Of a stretch of DNA of 55,624 nucleotides, positions 1-8,772 are shown one piece after another (position 1 is the stretch's first letter; each line of letters opens with the position of its first letter). Source of the DNA: Armatimonadota bacterium (GTDB lineage: Bacteria; Armatimonadota; UBA10988); the NCBI GenBank assembly GCA_016235455.1, contig JACRKZ010000023.1:1-55624 (forward strand). The letters are read 5' to 3'. The position numbers and the translations under genes were made by a program. The notes beneath the pieces are model-generated. The model was not told the origin of the DNA. It saw only the letters and a list, made by a program, of their open reading frames with translations, and made no database searches.

Positions 1-2533
1 GTCGCCCTGTTTGACCTCGATGACGAACTCGCGCGTCTCTTGCCATTCGATCTCGGCCATCCAGACCCGGCCGACCAGTTTCTCCGCGCCGAGATCGACG
101 GCCAGCCAACCGTCGCGCGCGTCCATGGCCGAGGCCCAGCGGGTCGTCGGGTCGCCGTCGACCGCGCGCGCGGGCTCGTAGCCCGGCTGGTCGAACTGGC
201 TAGAGGCCGTCGCCGGCCGGCCCAGGCTGAGCGGTGCCGGCAGCGGATCGTAGGCGGGCTGGCGACCGAGCCAGTTGACCACGTCCTTCGCTCGCGCCGC
301 CGGCGTGACCCGCAGCGAGGCCAGCTTGCCACCACGCAGCACACCCTCGACGACGGTCTGGCCCGGCGCGTGCAGTCGGAAGTCGACATCCCACTCCGTC
401 GGCCAGCCGCCGAACAGGTGCAGCTTGCCGTGCGGACCGGGTTCCGGCGCGAGGATCATCTCCTGCACGCCCGTCATGCCCGAGCCGCCCCAGTTGTGGT
501 CCGGCAGCCAGTCGTGTCCGGGGCCGAAGAAGGCGGGGAACCATCTTCCAGACGGCGCGAGCCTTGGCCTGCTCGGGCCAGGCCAGTGCGGCCATGTTGG
601 CCAGATTGGCCATCCACGACCAGTCCTGCTTGCAGAGCCGGGCGCGGTCGGCGGGCACCGTCTCCCAGGTATCACGCGCCAGTTGCAGCGTGTCGGGCCG
701 GGTGATGCCCACCAGCCGGTACGGCCAGAAGGCGTAGGCTTCGATGGGCTCCCACTTGTTGTAGTCGCGCTCCCAGGAGCGCGCCGGCAGCAGCGACAAG
801 CGGCCGCGCCGCGGGCCGGTGGGCAGCTCGGGCACGGTCGCCGCGATGCCTGTCAGCCGCGCACGCAGCCCCACCGGCAGTTCCGGCAGCGCCAGCAGCC
901 CGGCGGTGATGCGCCGCAGCGCGCAGACCACCTCAATCGGGTTGGTGGCGCCACCGGCGAACTCCAGGCCGCAAGCCGGATAGATGACCAGCTTGCCGTC
1001 CTCGCCCAGCTCGCGGCCAGAGCGCTGGCGGTGCTGCGCCCGGTAGTAGGTGTCGTAGAACAGCACCGTGCCGACCATCCAGCCGAGGTCGGTCGCGAGG
1101 TCGATGCCCAGCGCGTCATGCGCTTGGAGCGCCATCCAGGCGTGCTCCAGCATCATCGAGAAGTGATAGGTGAGATGCTCCGCGCCACACAGCCCGTCCG
1201 GTCGCGGTCCCACGCAACACAGGCCCCATACGTCGAGCGGCTCCGGATAGCACACGCCCTCGGCGCCGTTGGTCCGCGCGCGCGCCGCCGCCGTGGTCGC
1301 GCGGTCGCGATAGAAGGCCAGCGACGGCGCCAGCAGGTCGGTATCGCCGCCGGCCAGCGTCGGCCAGCCGAGCCAGCGCTGGTTCTGCGACATGAAATGG
1401 CAGCCCATCCAGCGCCGGAAATCGGGCGTGATCGGCTCGCCCTCGGCGATGGGCAGTTCGTCGTTGTTGTTGCCGGCAATGCGGCCGGGCTGGTTGTCGG
1501 TGGTGAAGATGCCGCCGTTGAACAGCAACGGCAGCTCGCCCTCGCGGTTGCAGGCCAGCATGTACCGAAAGAGCTGGTAGTTGCGCCCCACCAGCCGGCC
1601 GGCGTCGTCGGACGCCGCGCCGAGGTTCACCGCGACATGCGACCGCGACCAGAACTCGGACCAGCGCCGCTGCTCGTCTGCCCGCGCCGTGTCGCGCGCG
1701 GCCGAGTCCAAGAGCACTCGCGCCTCGCTCGACCAGCGTGCCGGCTCGGCCTCCAGCCCGGCGCCCAGGCGCATGGTGACCACCTGCTCCGCCGCGGCCG
1801 GCGTGCGACCGGTCCAGGCCCGGCCGTCCCAGAACTGCCAGCGTACCGGTGCCGCAACCGGCGCCGACATGCCGCCGGACACCGCTATGGCACAGCCGGA
1901 CACACGCCGCGTGGTGGCATCGTGCACGGCCTCGGCGGCGATGCCCTGGCCCTTGGCCATGCCGACCACGTCGGTGGGCGTATCGGCATTGCGGTGGAAG
2001 GCGACGAACCCGCTGCCGTCGGCGCTGATGTGGTCGGCGGTGAAGGTGCCCTTGGCGCCCATCATGTCGCAGCGGATACCGTCGCGCCGCTGGTCGCGCC
2101 AGGTGCCAAAGGCCACCTCCAGCGCCCGTGGCGAGGCCCACCGTGTCTCGCAGACCAGCGTCTCACCGGCGAACCACAGCGTGATCATGTCGTCGCCCTG
2201 CGAGACGATGATCGTGCCGGTGGCGGGGTCGAGTTCCTGCCGGAAGCCCGCGCCACCCAGTGCCAGACCCACCGGCGTGAGCCGTAGACAACCGAGCTTG
2301 AGCAGCCGGCCCTGCTCGTCATAAGCGCCGTTGTGGGCCAGGTAGAGCCACAGGCTGCCGTCCTGCACCCAGACGTTGGCGCCCGCGCCGCGCCGGCCCG
2401 AGAGGGGCATGGAGTCCAGCGAATCGCGCGACGGCGTCGTCCAGGCGACGCGGCAGTCAGCCAGCCAGGACTCGCCTGGCCCGCCCAGCAACATCGCCGA
2501 CGCCAGCAGCGCCGAAGTCGCACCAGCCGTCAT
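1..2533 (-). CDS. DUF5703-family secreted glycoside hydrolase-like protein with C-terminal F5/8 type C (CBM32-like) domain; frameshifted at ~540 and running off the left edge
   Basis: ATG at 2533 follows GGAGG. Motifs WSEFWSRSH, RNYQLFRYMLACN, FNGGIFT and PDFRRW are present. After the break at 540/541 another frame reads FPAFFGPGHDWLPDHNWGGSGMTGVQEM, then SLGRPATASS...AVDGDPTTRWAS...WLAVDLG. Confidence 0.75.
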
Positions 2534-2629
2534 CGCTCGATCCTCCGGTAGGGTAACGATACCAGATTGGAGGAAGGGGATCAAGCGATGCCCTGGAGCC
2601 ACCGGCCAGACGGCCGGTGGCACCATCGC

Positions 2630-5296
2630 TCAGCCCGGCAGCAGCCCGCGCTCGGCCAGGGCCTCGACCACCAGCGCATCGCGGTCGGACAGCGTCTCAT
2701 GCCCGGCGATGTTGCCAAAGTCGGCATCGGGGAAGACGCGCCAACTGCGCGCGCAGCGCTGGCCGGCCGCGCGGGCACAGACCACGCCTACCTCGTCGCC
2801 GGGCACGACCTCGACACTGCTGACCACGAACAACGCGCGGATCTCGCCGGCCCAGCGCGCCAGCACGGCGGCGTTGTTGGCGTCGGCGGTGATGGTGATG
2901 GCCATCTCCAGCGGGTTGACGCGCTCGGCCTTGGACTTGTCGGCGTTGAACGTCTCTTGGGCCGCCTTGACCTGGTTACGCACGGCCAGCAGCGCCTCAA
3001 AGTCGGCCGCCAGTGAGTCGTCCAGCCGCTCGGGCACCGCCGCTGGCCAGTCTTCCAGGTGCACGCTGGCAGCGTGCGCGCCGGGCAGATGCTCCCACAC
3101 CTCGTCGGCGGTGAAGGCCAGCACCGGTGCCAGCATCCGCGTCAGCTCGCTGCAGAGGGCGTAGAGCACGGTCTGCAGGCCGCGCCGCGCCTTGCCCCAG
3201 GGCAGGCCGCAGTACAGCTCGTCCTTGGCCACGTCGAGGTAGGTGGCGCTGACCTCGATGGCGAAGGCCTGCATGGCCGTCACGACCCGGTGGAAGGCGA
3301 ACTCCTCATAGGCCGTGGCCACGGCCTGCTTGAGCCGCTCCAGTCGGTGCAGTACGTAGCGGTCCAGCCCGCTCAGCTCGGGGATCGGCAGACAGTCGGT
3401 GGCCGGGTCGAAGTCGTGCAGGTTGCCCAGCAGGAAGCGCAACGAGTTGCGCAGGTTGCGGTAGGTGTCGGTGACCCGCGCGATGACCTCTTTGCCCATG
3501 CGCATGTCCTGGTAGAAGTCCACCGAGGCCACCCACAGGCGCAGCACGTCAGCGCCGAACTCGTCGACGATCTGGCTGGGGGCGACCACGTTGCCCAGGC
3601 TCTTGCTCATGGCCTTGCCCTCCTGGTCGAGGACGAAGCCGTGGGTCACCACCGCCCTGTACGGCGCGCGACCGTCCAGCCCGACGCTGACCATCAGCGA
3701 CGAGTTGAACCAGCCGCGATGCTGGTCGCTGCCCTCGAAGTAGAGGTCGACCGGCAGCTCGTCCTTGGCATAGCAGGCCTGATGCGTGGAGCCGGAGTCG
3801 AACCACACGTCGAGGACGTCGGTCTCCTTGGTGAACGTGGCCGGCGCCGCGCCGCACGCCGGGCAGACGTAGTCGGCCGGCAGCAGCGCCTCGGGAGCCA
3901 GCTCGAACCAGGCGTCGGAGCCCTGTTCGCGCACCACCGCCACGACGCTGTCGAGGCTGGCCTGGTCGAGCACGGTGTGGCCGCAGTCGCAATAGAACGC
4001 CGGGATGCCCACGCCCCAGGCGCGCTGACGGCTCAGGCACCAGTCGGGCCGGTTCTCGATCATCGGGCGGATGCGGTCGTGCCCCTCGGCCGGATGCCAG
4101 TCCACCGTGTCCGTCGCCGCCACCGCGCGCCGACGATGCGTCGAGCCCTCGACCTCGTGGTCGATGTTCATGAACCACTGCGTGGTGGCGCGGAAGATGA
4201 TCGGCTGGTGCGCGCGCCAGTCGTGGGGATACTGGTGAGCGAACGACTCCTTGGCCAGCAGCGCACCGGCCTCGGCGAGCATGGCGCAGACCTCGTCGTT
4301 GGCTTTGAAGACGAACCGGCCCGCCAGCCGATCGCCCACCTCGGGCGTGAAGCAGCCGCGACCATCCACCGGGCAGTAGGCCTTCAGGCCGTTCTTCCGC
4401 CCGGTCTCGAAGTCGTCCTTGCCGTGGCCCGGCGCCGTATGCACGCAGCCGGTACCGTCTTCCAGCGTGACGTAGTCGGCATAGACGATCGGCGACGGCC
4501 GCTCATACAGCGGATGCTGGGTGACCACGCCGGCAAAGGCCGATCCGGGCAGCACCTTGACCGTCTCGGCGCCGGTCCAGCCGAACTTGCCCGCCAGCGT
4601 CTCGGCCAGGTAGTCGGCCATCATGTAGTGCCGGTCGCCCACGCGCATGACGCGGTAGTCGATGTCTTCGCGCAGGGCGATGGCCTTCTCCCGGTATTCG
4701 ATCTCGGCGTCGGCCAGCGCGGTCTGGAGCGTCGGCGCCCACTGCACGATGCGCTCGCCGCGGTAGATGTACCCCGCCTTGGCCAGTTCGGCGAAGGCGT
4801 GCAGGATGTCGGCCTCAAACTCGTGGGCCATGGTCAGGTACGGCTTGTCCCAGTCGCCACGCACGCCAAGCCGTTTGAACTGCTCGCGCTGCGTGTCGAT
4901 CCAGCGCTGGGCATACTCGCGACAGGCATGGCGCAGCGCCAGCGGGTCGAGCTGCTTGCCCTGCTCCTCAAACTCGCGCGTCACCGCATACTCGATGGGC
5001 AGGCCGTGATTGTCCCAGCCCGGCCGGTACGGTGCGTAGCAGCCGCGCAAGTCACGGTAGCGGGTGACGATGTCCTTGAGAATCTTGTTGAGCGCATGAC
5101 CCATGTGGATGTTGCCGTTGCTGTACGGCGGGCCGTCGTGCAGCACGTAGCGCGGTGCGTCGGCGCGCCGTGCCAGGCCCTGGCCGTAGAGGTCCTCGGC
5201 CAGCCAGCGCGCCAGGCGCGGCGGCTCGCTCTGGGCCAGACCAGCGCGCTGGGCGAACTCGGTCTGGGGCAGATTGACCGTCTTCCGGTAGTCCAT
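2630..5296 (-). CDS. ileS: Isoleucine--tRNA ligase (type 1), with an apparent in-frame deletion in the CP1 editing domain
   Basis: Starts MDYRKTVNLPQTEF. Contains LHDGPPYSNGNIHMGH (HIGH), GWDNHGLPIE, DWCLSRQRAWGVGIP, DVWFDSG, EGSDQHRGWF and AMSKSLGN. An Ile T-box lies upstream. Confidence 0.97.
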   Translation of the reverse strand: MDYRKTVNLPQTEFAQRAGLAQSEPPRLARWLAEDLYGQGLARRADAPRYVLHDGPPYSNGNIHMGHALNKILKDIVTRYRDLRGCYAPYRPGWDNHGLPIEYAVTREFEEQGKQLDPLALRHACREYAQRWIDTQREQFKRLGVRGDWDKPYLTMAHEFEADILHAFAELAKAGYIYRGERIVQWAPTLQTALADAEIEYREKAIALREDIDYRVMRVGDRHYMMADYLAETLAGKFGWTGAETVKVLPGSAFAGVVTQHPLYERPSPIVYADYVTLEDGTGCVHTAPGHGKDDFETGRKNGLKAYCPVDGRGCFTPEVGDRLAGRFVFKANDEVCAMLAEAGALLAKESFAHQYPHDWRAHQPIIFRATTQWFMNIDHEVEGSTHRRRAVAATDTVDWHPAEGHDRIRPMIENRPDWCLSRQRAWGVGIPAFYCDCGHTVLDQASLDSVVAVVREQGSDAWFELAPEALLPADYVCPACGAAPATFTKETDVLDVWFDSGSTHQACYAKDELPVDLYFEGSDQHRGWFNSSLMVSVGLDGRAPYRAVVTHGFVLDQEGKAMSKSLGNVVAPSQIVDEFGADVLRLWVASVDFYQDMRMGKEVIARVTDTYRNLRNSLRFLLGNLHDFDPATDCLPIPELSGLDRYVLHRLERLKQAVATAYEEFAFHRVVTAMQAFAIEVSATYLDVAKDELYCGLPWGKARRGLQTVLYALCSELTRMLAPVLAFTADEVWEHLPGAHAASVHLEDWPAAVPERLDDSLAADFEALLAVRNQVKAAQETFNADKSKAERVNPLEMAITITADANNAAVLARWAGEIRALFVVSSVEVVPGDEVGVVCARAAGQRCARSWRVFPDADFGNIAGHETLSDRDALVVEALAERGLLPG

Positions 5297-5333
5297 GTCA
5301 GCCTCAACTCCAGGCCAGCCTACAGCCGGCCCC

Positions 5334-5372
5334 AAAAAACAGAAAAGCCCCCGTCCCCATCGAGACGGAAGC
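5334..5372 (-). terminator. Intrinsic terminator of the ileS T-box attenuator
   Basis: Hairpin GCTTCCGTCTC-GATG-GGGACGGGGGC followed by TTTTCTGTTTTTT; it overlaps the antiterminator. Confidence 0.85.
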
Positions 5373-5652
5373 TCCGTGGTACCACTCGACTTGGCTCCGG
5401 CCACCGACGCCTCTCGCGCCAGCACACGGCCGCAGCCCACTCGTCCGACACACCCGCCGCCGCACGCGCCGAGCGCGTGCTCTGGGTAGATCGGGTCCAG
5501 GATAACGGCCGGACGGGCCGGGTCGGTCTACAAGATGGCTCGTTCGACCGGCCGACTCAGGGGTGATCTTCGGCTCGCTCCGACCACCGGCTCGCAGCAC
5601 CGCCGGCTCTCTGGGGGTCAGGGCGCGGACCTACTCGTCCCCGTCAACGTCG
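5334..5652 (-). promoter_or_regulatory. T-box riboswitch leader, Ile specifier (AUC)
   Basis: Minus strand shows GTTGA...GAGTAG, the AGAGAG bulge, a GCTGCGAG distal loop, GAAG-ATC-ACCCCTGAG with the specifier at 5565-5567, the T-box AGTGGTACCACGG (~5374-5386), then a terminator with a U tract. Confidence 0.92.
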
Positions 5653-5689
5653 TTGATGCTGGTGAGTCTACCGACCGTGCCGCGCGGTG

Positions 5690-7248
5690 TCAAGCACGGC
5701 TCACCGGCTCTCGGCTGAGCATGGCCTGCACCCGTGCCACCAGTTCATCGGCGCCAAACGGCTTGACCAGCAGGTCGGCTGGTGCCTCCGTGCCCAGATC
5801 CAGGTGGCCCTGGGTGTAGCCGCTCATGAACAGGACCCTCAGGTCCGGCTGACCAGCCCGCAGCGCTCGGACCAGTTCGATGCCGTTGAGCCCCGGCATG
5901 ACCACATCGGTCAGCACGCCGTCGGGGCGTAAGCCTTCGCCCTCGACCATGGCCAGCGCCTCGACGCCGCTCGACGCCGAGCGGACACGGTAGCCCGCTT
6001 TGACCAGCACGCGCTCCGCCAGCAAGCGGATGGCACGCTCGTCGTCGGCCACCAGCAACAGCGCGCCATCGCCCGCGCCGCCAGCCACGCCCTGGCTGGG
6101 CGCCGCCTCCGGCGCTGGGGCCGGCTCCGCGCTGAGCGGCAACCACAAACCGAACTCGTTGCCACCCCCAGCCGGCCGCCGCACGTCCACCCGGCCGCCG
6201 CTCTGCGCGGCAACCGCCTGGATGGTGGCCAGGCCGAGACCAGAGCCTCGTCCCATCGTGTTGCGCATCCAGAATGGCTCGAACGCGTGTGAACCTGGCC
6301 TGCGTCGGCGTGGGCGGCCAGCTCGCCGCGGGGCGCCAGATCGAACTGCAGGTCGGCGCTGGCCGGTACCAGTCGCCGCAGCACCGGCCGCAGCGCATCG
6401 ACCATGGCCACGACGTCGAAGGTGGACGCATGGACCGCCTGCCGGCGGCTGAAGGCCAGCAGTTGTGAGGTCAACTCGGCGCCCCGCCGCGCCGCGCAAA
6501 GGATCTGCTCCGCGTCGTCGCGGCGGACCTGGTCGTCGGGATCGAGGCCGTCGCGGAGGAACTCGGCATAGCCCAGCACAGCGCTCAGCAGGTTGTTGAA
6601 CTCGTGGGCGATGTCGCCGGCCATGCGGCCCAGCGCCTCGGTCTTGGCCGTCCGGCCCAATTCCTCCAGCAACTCGTGTTGCAAGGTCACATCGCGCACC
6701 ACCGCCAGCGACCCGCCTCCACACGGCACCACGCGCGCCTCGAACTGCCGGCGCCCCGCGGGGATGTCCATGGTGTAGCGGCACTCAACCAGCTCCCCCG
6801 TGCGAATCGCCTCCTGGGCTTTGGCCAGCCACAGGTTCGCGAACTCCTCCGGGAGTACCTCGCTCAGGTGCTTGCCAGCGAAGGCATCGGGCGATGCATA
6901 GAGCAGGTCGGCGCGCGGCGCCCAGTAGTCCGTCACGCGGCCATCGCGGTCTAGCACGAAGACCAGGTCAGGCAAGGCCTCGATCATCGCGCGCTGCCGG
7001 GCTTCAGACGCGGCAAGCGCCGCCGTCTCGCCGGCCAGTGACACTTCGCTACGGTGGCGTTCGACGTACAGCAGCCACGCGGTGACCACGACGAACAGGC
7101 CGCCCTTGATCATGCTCAGATGGCCGGCCATGGAGATGGAGGGTGCTACTGCAGAGACCAAGGAGTCGGAGCAGAAGATCCAGAGTCCAGCAAAGACCGC
7201 GTAGCCCACGGCTACGCGAAGTGCTCGACCCCGCGGCTCACTGCCCAT
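5690..7248 (-). pseudogene. Membrane-anchored PAS hybrid histidine kinase (2TM-PAS-HisKA-HATPase-REC), split by a deletion/frameshift at ~6290 (possibly an assembly artefact)
   Basis: The N-terminal ORF has two TM helices, a PAS domain (LPDLVFVLDRDG) and H-box IAHEFNNLL, and ends at ADAGQV. A second frame resumes at HAFEPF...GSGLGLA and a REC domain (LVADDE, LTDVVMPG, FMSGY, KPF). The N-box and G1 box are absent. Confidence 0.75.
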
Positions 7249-7331
7249 CACAAGCCTCCGCACCGACGTCAACCTCGGCCTCAGTGTGACATGCCGACGG
7301 CCTCTACAGTGCGAGCATATGCCCGGTTCTA

Positions 7332-7353
7332 TGACACAAATGTGACACGAATG
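7332..7353 (-). promoter_or_regulatory. Pho-box-like 11-bp tandem direct repeat upstream of the PAS kinase
   Basis: TGACACAAATG/TGACACGAATG on +, which reads GTGTCACATTTGTGTCAT on -; AT-rich intergenic position. Confidence 0.4.
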
Positions 7354-7383
7354 TCGCCGCGCTGAACAACTCGGTACATGCTC

Positions 7384-7719
7384 TCAGAAGGCGACCACCT
7401 GGCGCTGACCGACGCGAGCAGGCCAACCGCTCAGCCGGCCGATGGTGGTCATCTGGCGCAAGCAGTAGCCGTGCCACGGACCAGCCAGCAGCAGCCCCAG
7501 GCCACCGGTGGCCAGCGTCCAGAAGCCCAGGCCGGCGATGCTGAAGAAGCCGCAGGCCCGCGCCGCCCATGGCCGGTCCAGCGCAAGACCCGCGGCGGCC
7601 ACCACGCGCGCCAGTCCGGCCACGCCTAGCAGCAGCACCAACCAGTCATGGCCACCCAAGGTACCCGCCACGCCACGCTGGCCGCGCCGCCAACAAGGTG
7701 CAGCAAGCTCACTGTCCAT
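7384..7719 (-). CDS. Small hypothetical membrane protein
   Basis: Two to three hydrophobic segments; fills the gap downstream of the phosphoesterase on the same strand; no recognised motif. Confidence 0.4.
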   Translation of the reverse strand: MDSELAAPCWRRGQRGVAGTLGGHDWLVLLLGVAGLARVVAAAGLALDRPWAARACGFFSIAGLGFWTLATGGLGLLLAGPWHGYCLRQMTTIGRLSGWPARVGQRQVVAF

Positions 7720-7776
7720 AGACCGAACCGCACTCGGCGCATCGCCGGTCTCCTCTCACTGGCCAGGCCCATGCCC

Positions 7777-8271
7777 TCAGAACTTCAGGTTCACCACGGT
7801 GGGCTCCAAGCTCTCCAGCTCCAGCACCACGCAAGTCGCGGAGCCGGTCAACCAGCCGCAGGTCTCGCCTGGGTTGATCACCAGCGCGTCACCCACGCGC
7901 CGTACATCGAGTTCGTGCGTGTGGCCATACACTACCACATCGTAGAGCCCGCTGTGCGCCAGGGCGTCCACCGGCTCCTGCTCATGGTGCACCGCAAAGC
8001 GCACCGTGCCCAGCGTCGGGAACGCGAACTTGGGCTGCAGCTCCCAGCCGAACTCGGCGAAACGACGGGCCAGGAACAGGCGCTCGCCGTCGTTGTTGCC
8101 TAACACACCCGTGACCGGCACCCTCACCGACTGGATGGGCGGCAGCGCGAACGGCGCCACGAAGTCGCCGGCCCAGATGATGTGCTCCACGCCGGCCGTC
8201 AGCATGGTGCGTGCCGCCGCCCGCAGTGCGTGCAAATGATCGTGGCTGTCCGCCAGAATCCCGACCTTCAT
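7777..8271 (-). CDS. YfcE/MJ0936-family metallophosphoesterase
   Basis: Motifs ADSHD, AGD, GNND, GHTH and INPG; start overlaps the yjbQ stop. Confidence 0.92.
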   Translation of the reverse strand: MKVGILADSHDHLHALRAAARTMLTAGVEHIIWAGDFVAPFALPPIQSVRVPVTGVLGNNDGERLFLARRFAEFGWELQPKFAFPTLGTVRFAVHHEQEPVDALAHSGLYDVVVYGHTHELDVRRVGDALVINPGETCGWLTGSATCVVLELESLEPTVVNLKF

Positions 8272-8675
8272 GCGCTCGCCTCCATGACCGTCACCGTGAC
8301 CGTTCTCGTCCGCGGCCCGTCGAAGTCACAGAACCACACCGCCTGCCACGTGCCCAGCAGCAGGTCGCCGCCGCCGACACCGATGGTCTGCGACGCGCCC
8401 ACCAGCGACGCCTTCATGTGTGCGGCGCTGTTGCCCTCGGCGTGCCTGTACCCGGAATTGTGGGGCACCATGGCGTCGAGCGCCAGCAGCAGATCGTGCG
8501 TCACATCGGGATCGTAGCCCTCATTGATCGTGATGCCCGCCGTGGTGTGCGGGCTGTAGACCACGCAGAGGCCTTCACGCACGCCGCTGCCGACCACGAT
8601 GGCGCGCACTCGCGCGGTCAGGTCCACCAGTTCCTCTCGAGACTTGGTCACCACCTGCAATGTCGACCTGAGCAT
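8268..8675 (-). CDS. yjbQ: YjbQ/UPF0047 family protein (secondary thiamine-phosphate synthase)
   Basis: Motifs PHTTAGITINE, HAEGNSAAHMKASLVG and LGTWQAVWFCDFDGPR. Confidence 0.93.
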   Translation of the reverse strand: MLRSTLQVVTKSREELVDLTARVRAIVVGSGVREGLCVVYSPHTTAGITINEGYDPDVTHDLLLALDAMVPHNSGYRHAEGNSAAHMKASLVGASQTIGVGGGDLLLGTWQAVWFCDFDGPRTRTVTVTVMEASA

Positions 8676-8720
8676 AGAGCTCTCCCGTCACGTGCCGACT
8701 CTACCACACCCCAAATGCAA

Positions 8721-8754
8721 CTGGGGCCGGCACCCCTCGGGATGCCGGCCCCAG
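8721..8754 (-). terminator. Stem-loop terminator after the giant surface protein gene
   Basis: Perfect 12-bp inverted repeat CTGGGGCCGGCA...TGCCGGCCCCAG, about 20 nt after the stop codon; weak U tract (TTGCATTT). Confidence 0.65.
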
Positions 8755-8772
8755 CGTCACGGTTTGAGGGGC

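Noticed and set aside
5297-5440. N-terminal extension of IleRS, or a leader peptide
   Set aside because: This region is the T-box antiterminator/terminator; the conserved start is MDYRKT at 5296.
6280-6300. Programmed ribosomal frameshift at the kinase or DUF5703 breaks
   Set aside because: No slippery sequence, and conserved residues are missing at the junctions, which indicates deletion rather than recoding.
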